DNA of 64,000 bases from an uncultured Solirubrobacteraceae bacterium (lineage in GTDB: Bacteria; Actinomycetota; Thermoleophilia; Solirubrobacterales; Solirubrobacteraceae). The position numbers were made by a program, and so were the translations under genes. Shown here in pieces: positions 39,008 through 47,999 of this stretch. Positions within the stretch are counted from its first letter, which is position 1. Each line of letters begins with the position of its first letter. The notes below the pieces were generated by a model. The model did not search any database. It worked only from the letters and a program-made list of their open reading frames with translations, and was not told where the DNA came from. The stretch is from contig CAZPQW010000013.1 of the NCBI GenBank assembly GCA_964588985.1, forward strand, positions 33,966 to 97,965, read 5' to 3'.

Positions 39008-41429
39008 GCTCCCCGATCGCGCGCGCGTGGTCATCATCGGCGGCGGCGTGGGGGGCGCTTCGATCGCCTACCACCTCGCCCAGCTCGGCGAGCGCGACGT
39101 GGTGCTGCTCGACCGCAACGAGCTCACCAGCGGCTCCACGTTCCACTCCGCCGGGCTCGTCGGGCAGCTCAGGTCGAGCGTGTCGCTCACGCGGATGATG
39201 ATGGACTCGGTCGAGCTGTACCGCACGCTCGACTGCGGCTGGGTGCAGTGCGGCGGCATACGTCTCGCGTGCACGCCTGAGCGCGAGCAGGAGGTGATGC
39301 GCCAGGTGGCGTGGGCGAAGACGTTCGGGCTGCCGCTCGAGCTGATCTCCGCAGAGCAGGCGCAGGAGCTGTTTCCGCTGGTGAGCACCGACGGCGTGCG
39401 CTGCGCGTCCTACCTGCCCAGCGACGGCTACCTCGACCCGTCGCTCTTGACCACCGCGCTCGCCGACGGCGCGCGGGCCGGCGGCTGCAGGGTGTTCACG
39501 CACACGCGCGTCACCGCCATCGACGTCCAGGACGGTCGGGTTCGCGGCGTCCAGACCGAGTGGGGGCCGATCGAGGCGGAGGTGGTGGTGAACGCGGGCG
39601 GCATGTTCGCCGCGGAGGTCGGGCGGATGGCGGGCGTGCGCGTGCCGATCGTGCCGTTCGCGCACGAGTACCTCGTCACGCAGCCGTTCCGCGAGCGGGT
39701 CGCGGGCGAGCACCTGCCCACGCTGCGCGACCCCGACCTGCTGATCTACTTCCGCGAGGAGGGCGGCGGCCTCGTGATGGGCGGCTACGAGCGCGAGTCC
39801 GCGCCGTGGGCGCTCGACGAGCACCTCGTCGACGCGATCCCTCAGGACTTCAACGGGCGGCTGCTCGAAGAGGACTGGCCGCGCTTCGAGGAGATAGCCA
39901 AGAACTCGTCCAAGCGGGTCCCCGTGATGGACGACATCAAGGTCACCAAGCTCATCAACGGGCCCGAGGCGTTCACCCCCGACAACGAGTTCTGCCTCGG
40001 CGAGAGCGAGGTGCGCGGCTTCTTCGTCGCCGCCGGCTTCTGCGCGCACGGCCTCGCCGGCGCCGGCGGGATCGGGAAAGTCATGGCCGACTGGATCCTC
40101 GACGGCGAGCCCGCGATGGACGTCTGGGAGATGGACATCCGCCGCTTCGGGCCGCACTTCCGCTCGCCCAGCTACACGCTCAAGCGCACCAAGGAGGTCT
40201 ACGAGACCTACTACGACATCCGCTACCCCGGCCACGAGCGGCTCGCCGGGCGGCCTCTGCGGACCTCGAGCGCCTACCCGTGGCACGCCGAGCACCGCGC
40301 CGCGTTCGGCGAGAAGTCCGGCTGGGAGCGCGTGAATTGGTACGAGGAGAACGCTCAGGCGGGAGAGGAGTCGCTGCGTCCGCGCGGGTGGGCGGGGATG
40401 CACTGGTCGCCCGCGATCGGCGCCGAGCACCGCGCCACGCGCGAGAGCGCCGGACTGTTCGACGAGTCCTCGTTCGCCAAGCTCGAGATCGCCGGGCCGG
40501 GCGCCGCGGACTTCCTCGAAAAGCTGTGCGACAACCGGGTGGCGCGCGACGTTGGAGCGATCACCTACACGCAGATGCTCAACCGCCGCGGCGGGATCGA
40601 GTGCGACTTCACCGTCACGCGCGTCGAGGAGGAGCTGTTCTCGATCGTCACCGGCACCGCGTTCGGCAACCACGACCTCAGCTGGATCCGCCGCCACGCC
40701 CCCGCGGACGGCAGCGTGCGCTGCTCGGACGTCACCGCGCGCTGGGCCTGCTTCGCGCTGTGGGGGCCGCGTGCCAGAGACATCCTCGCCCCTCTCACCG
40801 ACGACCCGCTCTCGTTCCCCTACATGAGCATGCGCGAGCTCGCCGTCGGTGACGTGCCGGTGCGCGCTCTGCGCGTCACGTTCGTCGGCGAGCTCGGCTG
40901 GGAGATCTACTGCCCCACGGAGTACGGCGCGGGGCTGTGGCGCACGCTGTGGGAGGCCGGGCAGGCGCACGGCCTGCGCGCGTGCGGCTACCGAGCGATC
41001 GACGCTCTGCGTTTGGAGAAGGGCTTTCGCGTGTGGTCCACCGACATCACGCCCGACGAGACGCCGTATGAGGCGGGGCTGGGATTCTGCGTCAAGAAGG
41101 AGGGCACGTTCGTCGGTTCGACCGCGCTCGGGATCGGATCCGCGGACGGACCGCCCAAGCCGGAGAAGCGCCTGCGCTGCCTCGTGCTCGCCGACCCGCG
41201 CTCGGTGGCGCTCGGGAACGAGCCCGTGCGCGTCGACGGTGAGATCGTAGGACGGGTCACCAGCGGCGGCTACGGCTACACGATCGAGCGCTCGATCGCC
41301 TACGCCTACCTGCCCGCCGACGTGGGAATCGACACGGCCGTGGAAGTGGACATCTTCGGCGAGTGGATCGCCGGCGAGGTCGCGAAGGAGCCGCTGTTCG
41401 ACCCTAAGGGCGAGCGGGTCCGCGGCTGA
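38991..41429 (+). CDS. GcvT-family FAD-dependent oxidoreductase (dimethylglycine/sarcosine dehydrogenase-like)
   Basis: GGGVGG, SGSTFHSAG, NGPEAFTPD, GWERVNW, GELGWE, LRLEKG, FDPKGER. Confidence 0.9.
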   Translation: MPRPRELPDRARVVIIGGGVGGASIAYHLAQLGERDVVLLDRNELTSGSTFHSAGLVGQLRSSVSLTRMMMDSVELYRTLDCGWVQCGGIRLACTPEREQEVMRQVAWAKTFGLPLELISAEQAQELFPLVSTDGVRCASYLPSDGYLDPSLLTTALADGARAGGCRVFTHTRVTAIDVQDGRVRGVQTEWGPIEAEVVVNAGGMFAAEVGRMAGVRVPIVPFAHEYLVTQPFRERVAGEHLPTLRDPDLLIYFREEGGGLVMGGYERESAPWALDEHLVDAIPQDFNGRLLEEDWPRFEEIAKNSSKRVPVMDDIKVTKLINGPEAFTPDNEFCLGESEVRGFFVAAGFCAHGLAGAGGIGKVMADWILDGEPAMDVWEMDIRRFGPHFRSPSYTLKRTKEVYETYYDIRYPGHERLAGRPLRTSSAYPWHAEHRAAFGEKSGWERVNWYEENAQAGEESLRPRGWAGMHWSPAIGAEHRATRESAGLFDESSFAKLEIAGPGAADFLEKLCDNRVARDVGAITYTQMLNRRGGIECDFTVTRVEEELFSIVTGTAFGNHDLSWIRRHAPADGSVRCSDVTARWACFALWGPRARDILAPLTDDPLSFPYMSMRELAVGDVPVRALRVTFVGELGWEIYCPTEYGAGLWRTLWEAGQAHGLRACGYRAIDALRLEKGFRVWSTDITPDETPYEAGLGFCVKKEGTFVGSTALGIGSADGPPKPEKRLRCLVLADPRSVALGNEPVRVDGEIVGRVTSGGYGYTIERSIAYAYLPADVGIDTAVEVDIFGEWIAGEVAKEPLFDPKGERVRG

Positions 41430-41489
41430 GTCGACAGGCGCCTGCCGAGGGTCTATCTTCGTATTACGTCAACCGAGGAGCACGTCGAA

Positions 41490-42395
41490 ATGAACGCGAT
41501 CGAGCCACGAACGACGATCCTGCACGGCCGTGAGGTGAGCTATCTCCAGGCCGGCGAGGGACCGGTGCTGATGCTCGTCCACGGGATGGCCGGGACGTGC
41601 GAGAACTGGCGGGACGTGCTCGAGCCGCTATCGCGGGCACACACCGTCATAGCGCCCGACCTGCCGGGACATGGCGAGTCGCCTCCGGGTGGAGGCGACT
41701 ACTCGCTCGGCGCGCTCGCTGCGGTGCTGCGCGACCTTCTGCTCACGCTGGGCCATGATCGCGCGACGCTTGTCGGCCACTCGCTTGGCGGCGGGATCGC
41801 GATGCAGTTCGCCTACCAGTTCCCCGAGCTGACCGAGCGTTTGGTGCTTGTTTCGAGTGGCGGGTTGGGGCCGGAGGTGAGTCCGGTGCTGCGGGCCGCG
41901 GCGCTACCGGGCGCGAACCTGTTCATCGCCGCCACCGCCGGGCCGGGGAGCGTGGTGGGGTCCGCGATCGGGCGGGGGCTGTCGTTCGTCGGACTGCGAC
42001 CGAGCGCTGATGTCGCTGAGGTGGCGCGGGGGTATGCGTCGCTTGCCGATGCAGGGCGACGCTCGGCGTTCTTGGCCACCTTGCGGTCGGTGGTGGGTAC
42101 CGACGGGCAGCGGGTTCACGCCGGGGACCGGCTGTATCTCGCGGGCGAGGTGCCTGTGCTGATCGTCTGGGGGCGGGGCGATCCGATCATCCCCGCCTCG
42201 CACGGCGAGGACGCGCACCGCGCGATCCCCGGCAGTCGGCTGGAGATCTTCGAGGGCGTCGGGCACCTGCCGCAGGTGCAGGCTCCGGGGCGGTTCGTTG
42301 GGGTTGTCGAGCGGTTTCTCGCGGAGACGGAGCCCGCGATGTGGGATGGGGACGAGTGGCGGGCGCGGTTGGTTGCCGTAGGTGGTGGTGGCTAG
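41490..42395 (+). CDS. Alpha/beta hydrolase
   Basis: LVHG, DLPGHG, GHSLGG nucleophile, D and GH triad. Confidence 0.9.
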   Translation: MNAIEPRTTILHGREVSYLQAGEGPVLMLVHGMAGTCENWRDVLEPLSRAHTVIAPDLPGHGESPPGGGDYSLGALAAVLRDLLLTLGHDRATLVGHSLGGGIAMQFAYQFPELTERLVLVSSGGLGPEVSPVLRAAALPGANLFIAATAGPGSVVGSAIGRGLSFVGLRPSADVAEVARGYASLADAGRRSAFLATLRSVVGTDGQRVHAGDRLYLAGEVPVLIVWGRGDPIIPASHGEDAHRAIPGSRLEIFEGVGHLPQVQAPGRFVGVVERFLAETEPAMWDGDEWRARLVAVGGGG

Positions 42396-42481
42396 AAGCC
42401 GGGCGCCTGCTTTTGCTTAACCTTTTTTTCTTTAGCAGAGTTTAGCGATAGACGAAAAACTAGGCTAAGCTTTCTAAAGTC

Positions 42482-43678
42482 TTGGATCGCGCGCGCAACC
42501 CATATACGCCCAACGCTGGCGCGCCGCCTCGGTTTCTCGCAGGCCGTGGGAACGAGGTCGAGGATTTCCGCATCCTGCTTCAACGCCTATCCCGAGGCTA
42601 TACCGAGCAGTCGCTTGTTGTCACGGGGCTCCGGGGCGTTGGTAAGACCGTCCTCTTGGGGGAGTATGAGAACGTAGCGGCAGAAGAGTCGTGGGTCGCC
42701 GTGAAAGCAGAGGTTTCCAGGTCTACCGAGTTTGGTCCGCAAATGGCGAACCTAGCTCGACGCGCCCTGCTTGAGGTCTCACCGAAGGCGCGCTGGGACG
42801 AGAGAGCTCGCGCCGCTGCGGGCGTTCTGAGGTCGTTCTCACTCGGAGTACGTCCCGACGGCACCCTGGCTGTGGGCCTCGATGTCGAGGCGGTTGCCGG
42901 GAAGGCTGACAGTGGCAACCTCAACGATGACCTCGCCGACGTATTCGAGGCCATTGGAAGGGCAGCAAAGGATCGCGAGGGAGGGGTCGTCTTCCTCTTC
43001 GACGAGATCCAATTCTTGGCCAAGCGGGAGCTGGAGGCACTCATCGGAGCGGTACACAGAACCGTTCAGTATCAGCTGCCAGTTACCTTCGCCGGCGCGG
43101 GCCTACCGCAACTTCCTGGGCTGGCTGGCGAGGCAAAGTCATATGCCGAGCGACTGTTCAAGTTTCCGACGATCGGTGAGCTCACGGGAGATGCTGCGCG
43201 GGATGCGCTCGTTGAGCCAGCGCGTTTCGAGGAGACCGAGATCGACGAGGACGCTGTCGAGGTCATCCTTCAATACACCGAGGGCTACCCGTACTTCATA
43301 CAAGAGTTTGGACGTGCTGCCTGGGATCTCGCAGGCGGGCCCGCAATTAGCCTTGAGGACGCCGAAGCCGCACAGGAGATCGTCGAGATGGTGCTCGACG
43401 AGAGCTTCTTCCGGGCGCGCATTCAACGGTGCACGCTCGAGGAGCGCCGATACATGCGCGCGATGGCCGAGCTCGGCTCAGACGCACAGAAGGCCAGCGA
43501 GGTGGCGGAGGTCCTTGGCAAGGGATCCGAACAGGTCGCCCCTCTTCGTGCGCGCCTGATCAATAAGGGCTTGCTCTACACGCCCCGCTACGGATTTGCC
43601 AAGTTCACCGTCCCTCAGTTCGATCGTTTCATGCGCCGGCACATGGAAATGGACGCGGACCCACCGATCGAGGCGTAG
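42482..43678 (+). CDS. AAA/STAND-like ATP-binding protein with C-terminal winged helix
   Basis: NPYTP, GLRGVGKT Walker A, FLFDEIQ Walker B, GYPYFIQ, RARLINKGLLY. Confidence 0.85.
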   Translation: MDRARNPYTPNAGAPPRFLAGRGNEVEDFRILLQRLSRGYTEQSLVVTGLRGVGKTVLLGEYENVAAEESWVAVKAEVSRSTEFGPQMANLARRALLEVSPKARWDERARAAAGVLRSFSLGVRPDGTLAVGLDVEAVAGKADSGNLNDDLADVFEAIGRAAKDREGGVVFLFDEIQFLAKRELEALIGAVHRTVQYQLPVTFAGAGLPQLPGLAGEAKSYAERLFKFPTIGELTGDAARDALVEPARFEETEIDEDAVEVILQYTEGYPYFIQEFGRAAWDLAGGPAISLEDAEAAQEIVEMVLDESFFRARIQRCTLEERRYMRAMAELGSDAQKASEVAEVLGKGSEQVAPLRARLINKGLLYTPRYGFAKFTVPQFDRFMRRHMEMDADPPIEA

Positions 43679-43727
43679 CGAGTCGGCTCGCCGCCAGGCA
43701 GAGGCACACAGTCGCGCCGAGACGAAG

Positions 43728-43769
43728 TGGGCGATCCAGGATTCGAACCTGGGACCTCTTCCTTATCAG
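43728..43769 (-). repeat. att site: duplicated 3-prime 42 bp of tRNA-Ile
   Basis: TGGGCGATCCAGGATTCGAACCTGGGACCTCTTCCTTATCAG identical to 52468-52509. Confidence 0.95.
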
Positions 43770-43875
43770 GGGACGAGGCACACGGGTTGAAGCTTTCTGA
43801 TCGTCAGTGTTTGTGGGGATATTCGCGGCGGGAGTGACGGGCGGATAAGCCTGGATTCGCGGCGATCCAGCTGGC

Positions 43876-43907
43876 TTTGGGCAGCAGGATGGGGGCTGCT
43901 GCCCAAA
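43876..43907. repeat. Putative integrase arm-type sites (inverted pair)
   Basis: TTTGGGCAGCAG-N8-CTGCTGCCCAAA; same motif recurs near the other att at 52363-52383. Confidence 0.6.
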
Positions 43908-43986
43908 CGCATTCAGATCGCGGATGTCATGGCCTCGTTGCCGTGACATCGTTTGTCACGTCCGGGTGGCTGGCTTGTGCTTTGGC

Positions 43987-44703
43987 TTAAGTCGGATCGG
44001 CATCAGGCGACGACGATGCAACCAGACCCCGCCGCCGGTCCTCTGCCCACTCACGGGTCGCCCGCTTTGGATTGCCAAGGCACGTGCTGATGATCTCGGC
44101 ACAAAGACTCGCTGCGCGGCATGCGTTGGGCGCTGAGAACATCTCGACCTCGGTCGCAGACACAACAACCGTCTGGCTCGTCACCCGCGTGATAACAGCA
44201 GGGCGTAGGCACTCCTGATGATGCACTGCGAGATCGCGGACGCGAAACAGCCAGTCCAGCTCAGGGAGCCAGCGAGTCGAATCGCGCCCTACCGAGAACC
44301 CGAGCTTCAGTGTCTCCAAGATTCTGCGGGGTCGAGAGGCCGTAGATGGAGGTGGTCTGATGAGGGACTTCGAGGCACCGTACAGCCCATCAATCGCCAG
44401 CGCGGAGGCCACCACTGCCACGAGTGAGGCGTCCAGCTCAGCCGTGCCGACCGGCGCGGGCTGCTCCTGAGTGGGAAGGAAGTCATCGATCGTTGACCCC
44501 GGCGTTTGGAGCGCCATGGATACTGCATCGAGGTATGCGTCCGAAGGTCGAGCTTCCATAGCTTGGGCTGCGTGAGAGGCGGCTAGTCGGGACCAAAACA
44601 ACCAGAGGGGCATCGCCATCTGTGTGCCACCACTATCCATCTTCAAGCTGGCGCCGGGCGGCAGCTCGACCGAAACCCGGAGTGAGTCGCCGTCGCCCGT
44701 CAT
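43987..44703 (-). CDS. Hypothetical protein with HEPN-like RxxxxH motif
   Basis: LVAVVASALAIDGLY helix and LDWLFRVRDLAVH (R-x4-H). Confidence 0.6.
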   Translation of the reverse strand: MTGDGDSLRVSVELPPGASLKMDSGGTQMAMPLWLFWSRLAASHAAQAMEARPSDAYLDAVSMALQTPGSTIDDFLPTQEQPAPVGTAELDASLVAVVASALAIDGLYGASKSLIRPPPSTASRPRRILETLKLGFSVGRDSTRWLPELDWLFRVRDLAVHHQECLRPAVITRVTSQTVVVSATEVEMFSAPNACRAASLCAEIISTCLGNPKRATREWAEDRRRGLVASSSPDADPT

Positions 44704-44706
44704 GCG

Positions 44707-45180
44707 CTACGGCGTGGACTTCGGGATGTGCGGGCCGCTATTCGTCTGCACGTCACGTTCGGCTTCAAACAGAAGGGGGAGAGAGTGCGTGCTTACGCGG
44801 CCACGGGCATTCTCCACCTCCAGTACATCAATCCGGCTAGAAAGCAGAGCGTCGTGGAATATGTGCCAAGGCTCACGCCGAGGCTGCACCGAGAACGCAG
44901 GCGACGCCTCGTCAACATCAAGTACGACTGGAAGTCGGCTTAACACCGCTCCGTAGGGTGTCCAACCTCGCCCCACGGGCATCGAACGCTCCTTGAACCG
45001 CACATCTCGAACGGTGTCCTTACGGTTGCCGACGTTATAGATCGCCACTCGAAGCACCGGACTGGCCCTGTCCATGATCCAGTCAGCTTGGACTTCAAAG
45101 CGTGATCGGCTCAAGAACTTGTCCCACATCAATACGCCGGTCGAAACTAGCGACAGCGCGAGTGCGATCCACGCGACCAT
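44707..45180 (-). CDS. N-terminally membrane-anchored hypothetical protein
   Basis: MVAWIALALSLVSTGVLMW TM then beta-rich domain; GGAGG RBS; 3 nt before the next start. Confidence 0.65.
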   Translation of the reverse strand: MVAWIALALSLVSTGVLMWDKFLSRSRFEVQADWIMDRASPVLRVAIYNVGNRKDTVRDVRFKERSMPVGRGWTPYGAVLSRLPVVLDVDEASPAFSVQPRREPWHIFHDALLSSRIDVLEVENARGRVSTHSLPLLFEAERDVQTNSGPHIPKSTP

Positions 45181-45334
45181 TCCTCCAGGCTACTGCCCGA
45201 TCCGACGGCACCGGACAGGCACGACGACGGCTCACACGAGACGGTACGACCCTGTTCCGGCTGAGTGTGGAGGACTCTCAATTGGCCAGTTGATTGGCAG
45301 ACGAGCCACAGATACAAACTCAGCCGCGTGGTAC

Positions 45335-45742
45335 TCAGGTGATGGGCTGGTCGAGCAGCTGATCGAGCCAGGCGCGCACCTGTGCCACCGTCTCGCTCGC
45401 GGCCTTGCGGTCGAGGCGTTCATCGAGAATGTCCTCGTATCGAAATTCGACGGCCCAAGGAGCGAGTCGTCGGGCATCCCGTGCTGCCTCCGGCGGAGAT
45501 AGCCCCGCTTCGTCAAGTAGGGCGACCAAGCGCCCGAGGTCGTGGACGCGCGGAGGAGGAACCCCGGCGTTTGCGAGAGCTGCCTTAAGCAGCTTCTCGA
45601 CCGCCTGCTGCGCATGGAAGCCGATGACGTCATCCGGCACATCGTGGTCGTCAGCCAGCTTCTCCAACGTAATCTCGTCGCTGCGGGCCTTGAGCGCAAA
45701 GCGAGCGGCGAGGTCACGTAGGTCACGTTTCGGCGAGGACAC
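45335..45742 (-). CDS. HEPN domain protein (MNT-HEPN pair)
   Basis: IGFHAQQAVEKLLKA, PPRVHDL, AVEFRY. Confidence 0.85.
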   Translation of the reverse strand: MSSPKRDLRDLAARFALKARSDEITLEKLADDHDVPDDVIGFHAQQAVEKLLKAALANAGVPPPRVHDLGRLVALLDEAGLSPPEAARDARRLAPWAVEFRYEDILDERLDRKAASETVAQVRAWLDQLLDQPIT

Positions 45743-46040
45743 GGCCCTCCGTCAGCGCGTCGTGGAGCAGCGTTCCGGGGACATCGCCCCATTCCTCCAT
45801 GTATTCCAGTGGGACGACCATGACGTCCGCAGCGATACGGAGCGGGTCGAGCACGGCTCGCAGCCGCACCATCTCCTCCGCCTTGCTCGCCACCGAAGGC
45901 TCGACCACGAGGAAGTCGAAGTCGCTGTCCACACCAGCATCCCCACGGCTCTGCGAGCCAAAGAGGATCACTTTTGACTGACGCGGCGCGGCATCCGCGA
46001 GTAGGCGTCCGGCCTGATCGACGATCTCGGCTGTCGTCAT
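45723..46040 (-). CDS. Minimal nucleotidyltransferase (MNT)
   Basis: VILFGSQSRGDAGVDSDFDFLVV; overlaps HEPN gene start. Confidence 0.88.
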   Translation of the reverse strand: MTTAEIVDQAGRLLADAAPRQSKVILFGSQSRGDAGVDSDFDFLVVEPSVASKAEEMVRLRAVLDPLRIAADVMVVPLEYMEEWGDVPGTLLHDALTEGRVLAET

Positions 46041-46226
46041 AGCCCGACGCTACCGCAGTTGACGCGTAGGAGCGAGCCCCGTTGGGATTCAGGGCGCCGG
46101 CTCTGTCGAGGAGGCGTAGCCGACGCCTCCGGTGATCGTAGCTGCGGCCACCGGCCGCGACATCCCTCGACGTTGGTGGTGCCCGTGGGTCTCGCGCGCC
46201 CCCGACAGGGCCTTCGTGCGTCTCCC

Positions 46227-46753
46227 TTAGTGCCTCCACTCCTCGGGTGCGGGTCCGGGGGTCCATGCTTGGGTGACGCCGCCGCCTTCTTTGCGGAGGG
46301 TTTGGCTGTAGTCGATCAGGGTGTACTGGAACGCGATCTCGTCGCGTGGATCGCGGCCGGCGTCGTCCAGTTCTTGGCGCCAGGTGACGAGCGCGCAGAG
46401 AGTCTCGACGTGCGTGCTGCTTTTCCACCAGCCCTTCTTGAGTGCTTCGAGGGCTTGGGGGTAGCGGCCGTGCAGTGCGCAGATCGCGCCCCACATCAAC
46501 ATGCTCCACTCTCGGTCGCCCCCGTAGGGCTCAAGCCACCGCGCCCGCTCATCGAACTGCTCATCCTCGGGCGCGTCGTAGGAGGCTGTGGGCTCGGCCG
46601 GTCCTTTACGGGCCTGTCGATGTGGCCTGTTCGCGAGCCCGTCGCGGACCATTAGTCCGGCGAGCCTTGCGGCTGGCTCCCGGTGGTCCTGGCCAGCTCC
46701 TCGAGCTGGTCCGCGAGCGTGTCGGGGAGCGTGATCTTCAGACGGCGACTCAT
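46227..46753 (-). pseudogene. Frameshifted RHH/CopG-domain protein
   Basis: MSRRLKITLPDTLADQLEELARTTG continues as EPAARLAGLMVRDGL only after adding one base at the GGG near 46679-46681. Confidence 0.6.
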
Positions 46754-47100
46754 CGGGCCTGCTCCAGCGTCCGGTGGTGGGCTGTGTTCGTGTTGGTGGG
46801 TCCAGTGGTTTCCATGTGGTCATAGACCACGAGCACATCGAGGCGGCCAACGAGCTGGTGCCGTTTAAGGGTCCGCACGGGACCGTGCATCTAGTCTGTT
46901 CGAGCCTGTAAGCCTTTGGAGCGAAGCGACCGAGGCGGTGACGCAGCCAGCGAGCGCGACACGACGATCCGTGCCGCTGGGGGAGTGAAGATGCCTGTTG
47001 CGCTCCGCAGCGCAGGCGGCTGGGGCGATGCACTGGAGCACAGAGCGGCGGGCGGGGTAACTCGCTGGCCGTGTCGCGGGGTTGGTGGTCATCAACCCCA

Positions 47101-47538
47101 ATGACTCACCGCACACAACCTCAACCCCTCGCGGGCTCCCCGCCACCTCCCGGTGTCGGTCTTGACGAGGCGTTCGTTGAGGCGCTCGCGCGCCGCGTTG
47201 TCGAGCTGATCCGAAGCGAGGGAACTACGCCCGTCGCCCGCCGCATGGTTGATGCGGGGACACTCGCGCGCGAGCTGGGAGTCGAGCGCTCCTGGGTCTA
47301 CGCCCACCGTCAAGAACTCGGCGGGGTCAAGCTCGGGACCGGCCCAAAGCCCAGACTCCGGTTCGACGTGGAAACGGCACGGGAGCTGCTCGCCAGTTCA
47401 ACAAGCAAGGAGTGGCGGACGCCACAAACGCCGGTGGCCGCTGATGGTTCGTCACAGCGGCATCGTCAGCGTTCGGGGAGCGGCCCCAGACTGCTGCCCA
47501 TACGAGGCGCTACAGACGGCAATGGGAAGCGCTCGTGA
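47101..47538 (+). CDS. Excisionase-like HTH protein
   Basis: VEALARRVVEL, MVDAGTLARELGVERSWVY...KLG..PKPRLRFD. Confidence 0.72.
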   Translation: MTHRTQPQPLAGSPPPPGVGLDEAFVEALARRVVELIRSEGTTPVARRMVDAGTLARELGVERSWVYAHRQELGGVKLGTGPKPRLRFDVETARELLASSTSKEWRTPQTPVAADGSSQRHRQRSGSGPRLLPIRGATDGNGKRS

Positions 47539-47549
47539 AACCGCTGCGC

Positions 47550-47798
47550 CTACCGATTCGACTGCTCGACCTCGGCCACTGCTTTGGCGAGCTGGTGCAG
47601 ATCGGCGCCGAGCGCGTGCAGAAGGCGAATGATGGTGCTCCAGCGAGCGTCACGCCGTCCAAGCTCGATATTGGACACGTATGCCTCGCTCGTCCCCGCC
47701 CGTTCCGCGACAGCCTTCTGAGTGATGTCGGCGCTACCTCGCAACGCACGCATAGCCTCTCCCAGGGCGCGAGGGTCGTCAGAGGGGATGGCGGTCAC
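47550..47798 (-). CDS. XRE-family HTH regulator
   Basis: LGEAMRALR..ITQKAVAERAGTSEAYVSNIELGRR. Confidence 0.85.
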   Translation of the reverse strand: MTAIPSDDPRALGEAMRALRGSADITQKAVAERAGTSEAYVSNIELGRRDARWSTIIRLLHALGADLHQLAKAVAEVEQSNR

Positions 47799-47999
47799 GG
47801 AACAGAGACTTGCGATATCAGGTGTGTTGCGCTAGGGTCGGCCCGACCAAACATAGTGCCCCCGCGCTGGTTGCACAGCCGGGGGCGTGGCACCGGAAGC
47901 GCGAACTCCCGGCACGTCAGACACCCTACCGAGACAGACAGGGCGTCTCTCTCGCCCGAAGCCGCCCACCGGAGCCTCCAAACACAGGAGGAACCGACC

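Noticed and set aside
43728-43769. Second tRNA-Ile gene
   Set aside because: Only the 3-prime 42 nt are present; D-arm and 5-prime acceptor strand are missing, so it is an att repeat
46105-46171. Three-way junction as a hammerhead ribozyme
   Set aside because: Lacks the CUGANGA and GAAA core on either strand
46880-46905. Minus-strand ACAGACTAGATG resembling a group I intron R element
   Set aside because: No matching S element (AAGATATAGTC), other core motifs or interrupted host gene
46754-47033. Upstream part of the 268-aa ORF 46227-47033
   Set aside because: Non-protein-like; better explained by the frameshifted RHH start at 46753 plus non-coding DNA
47535-47999. N-terminal extension of the 449-aa ORF
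   Set aside because: Overlaps the antisense XRE gene; a strong AGGAGG RBS supports the start at 48000
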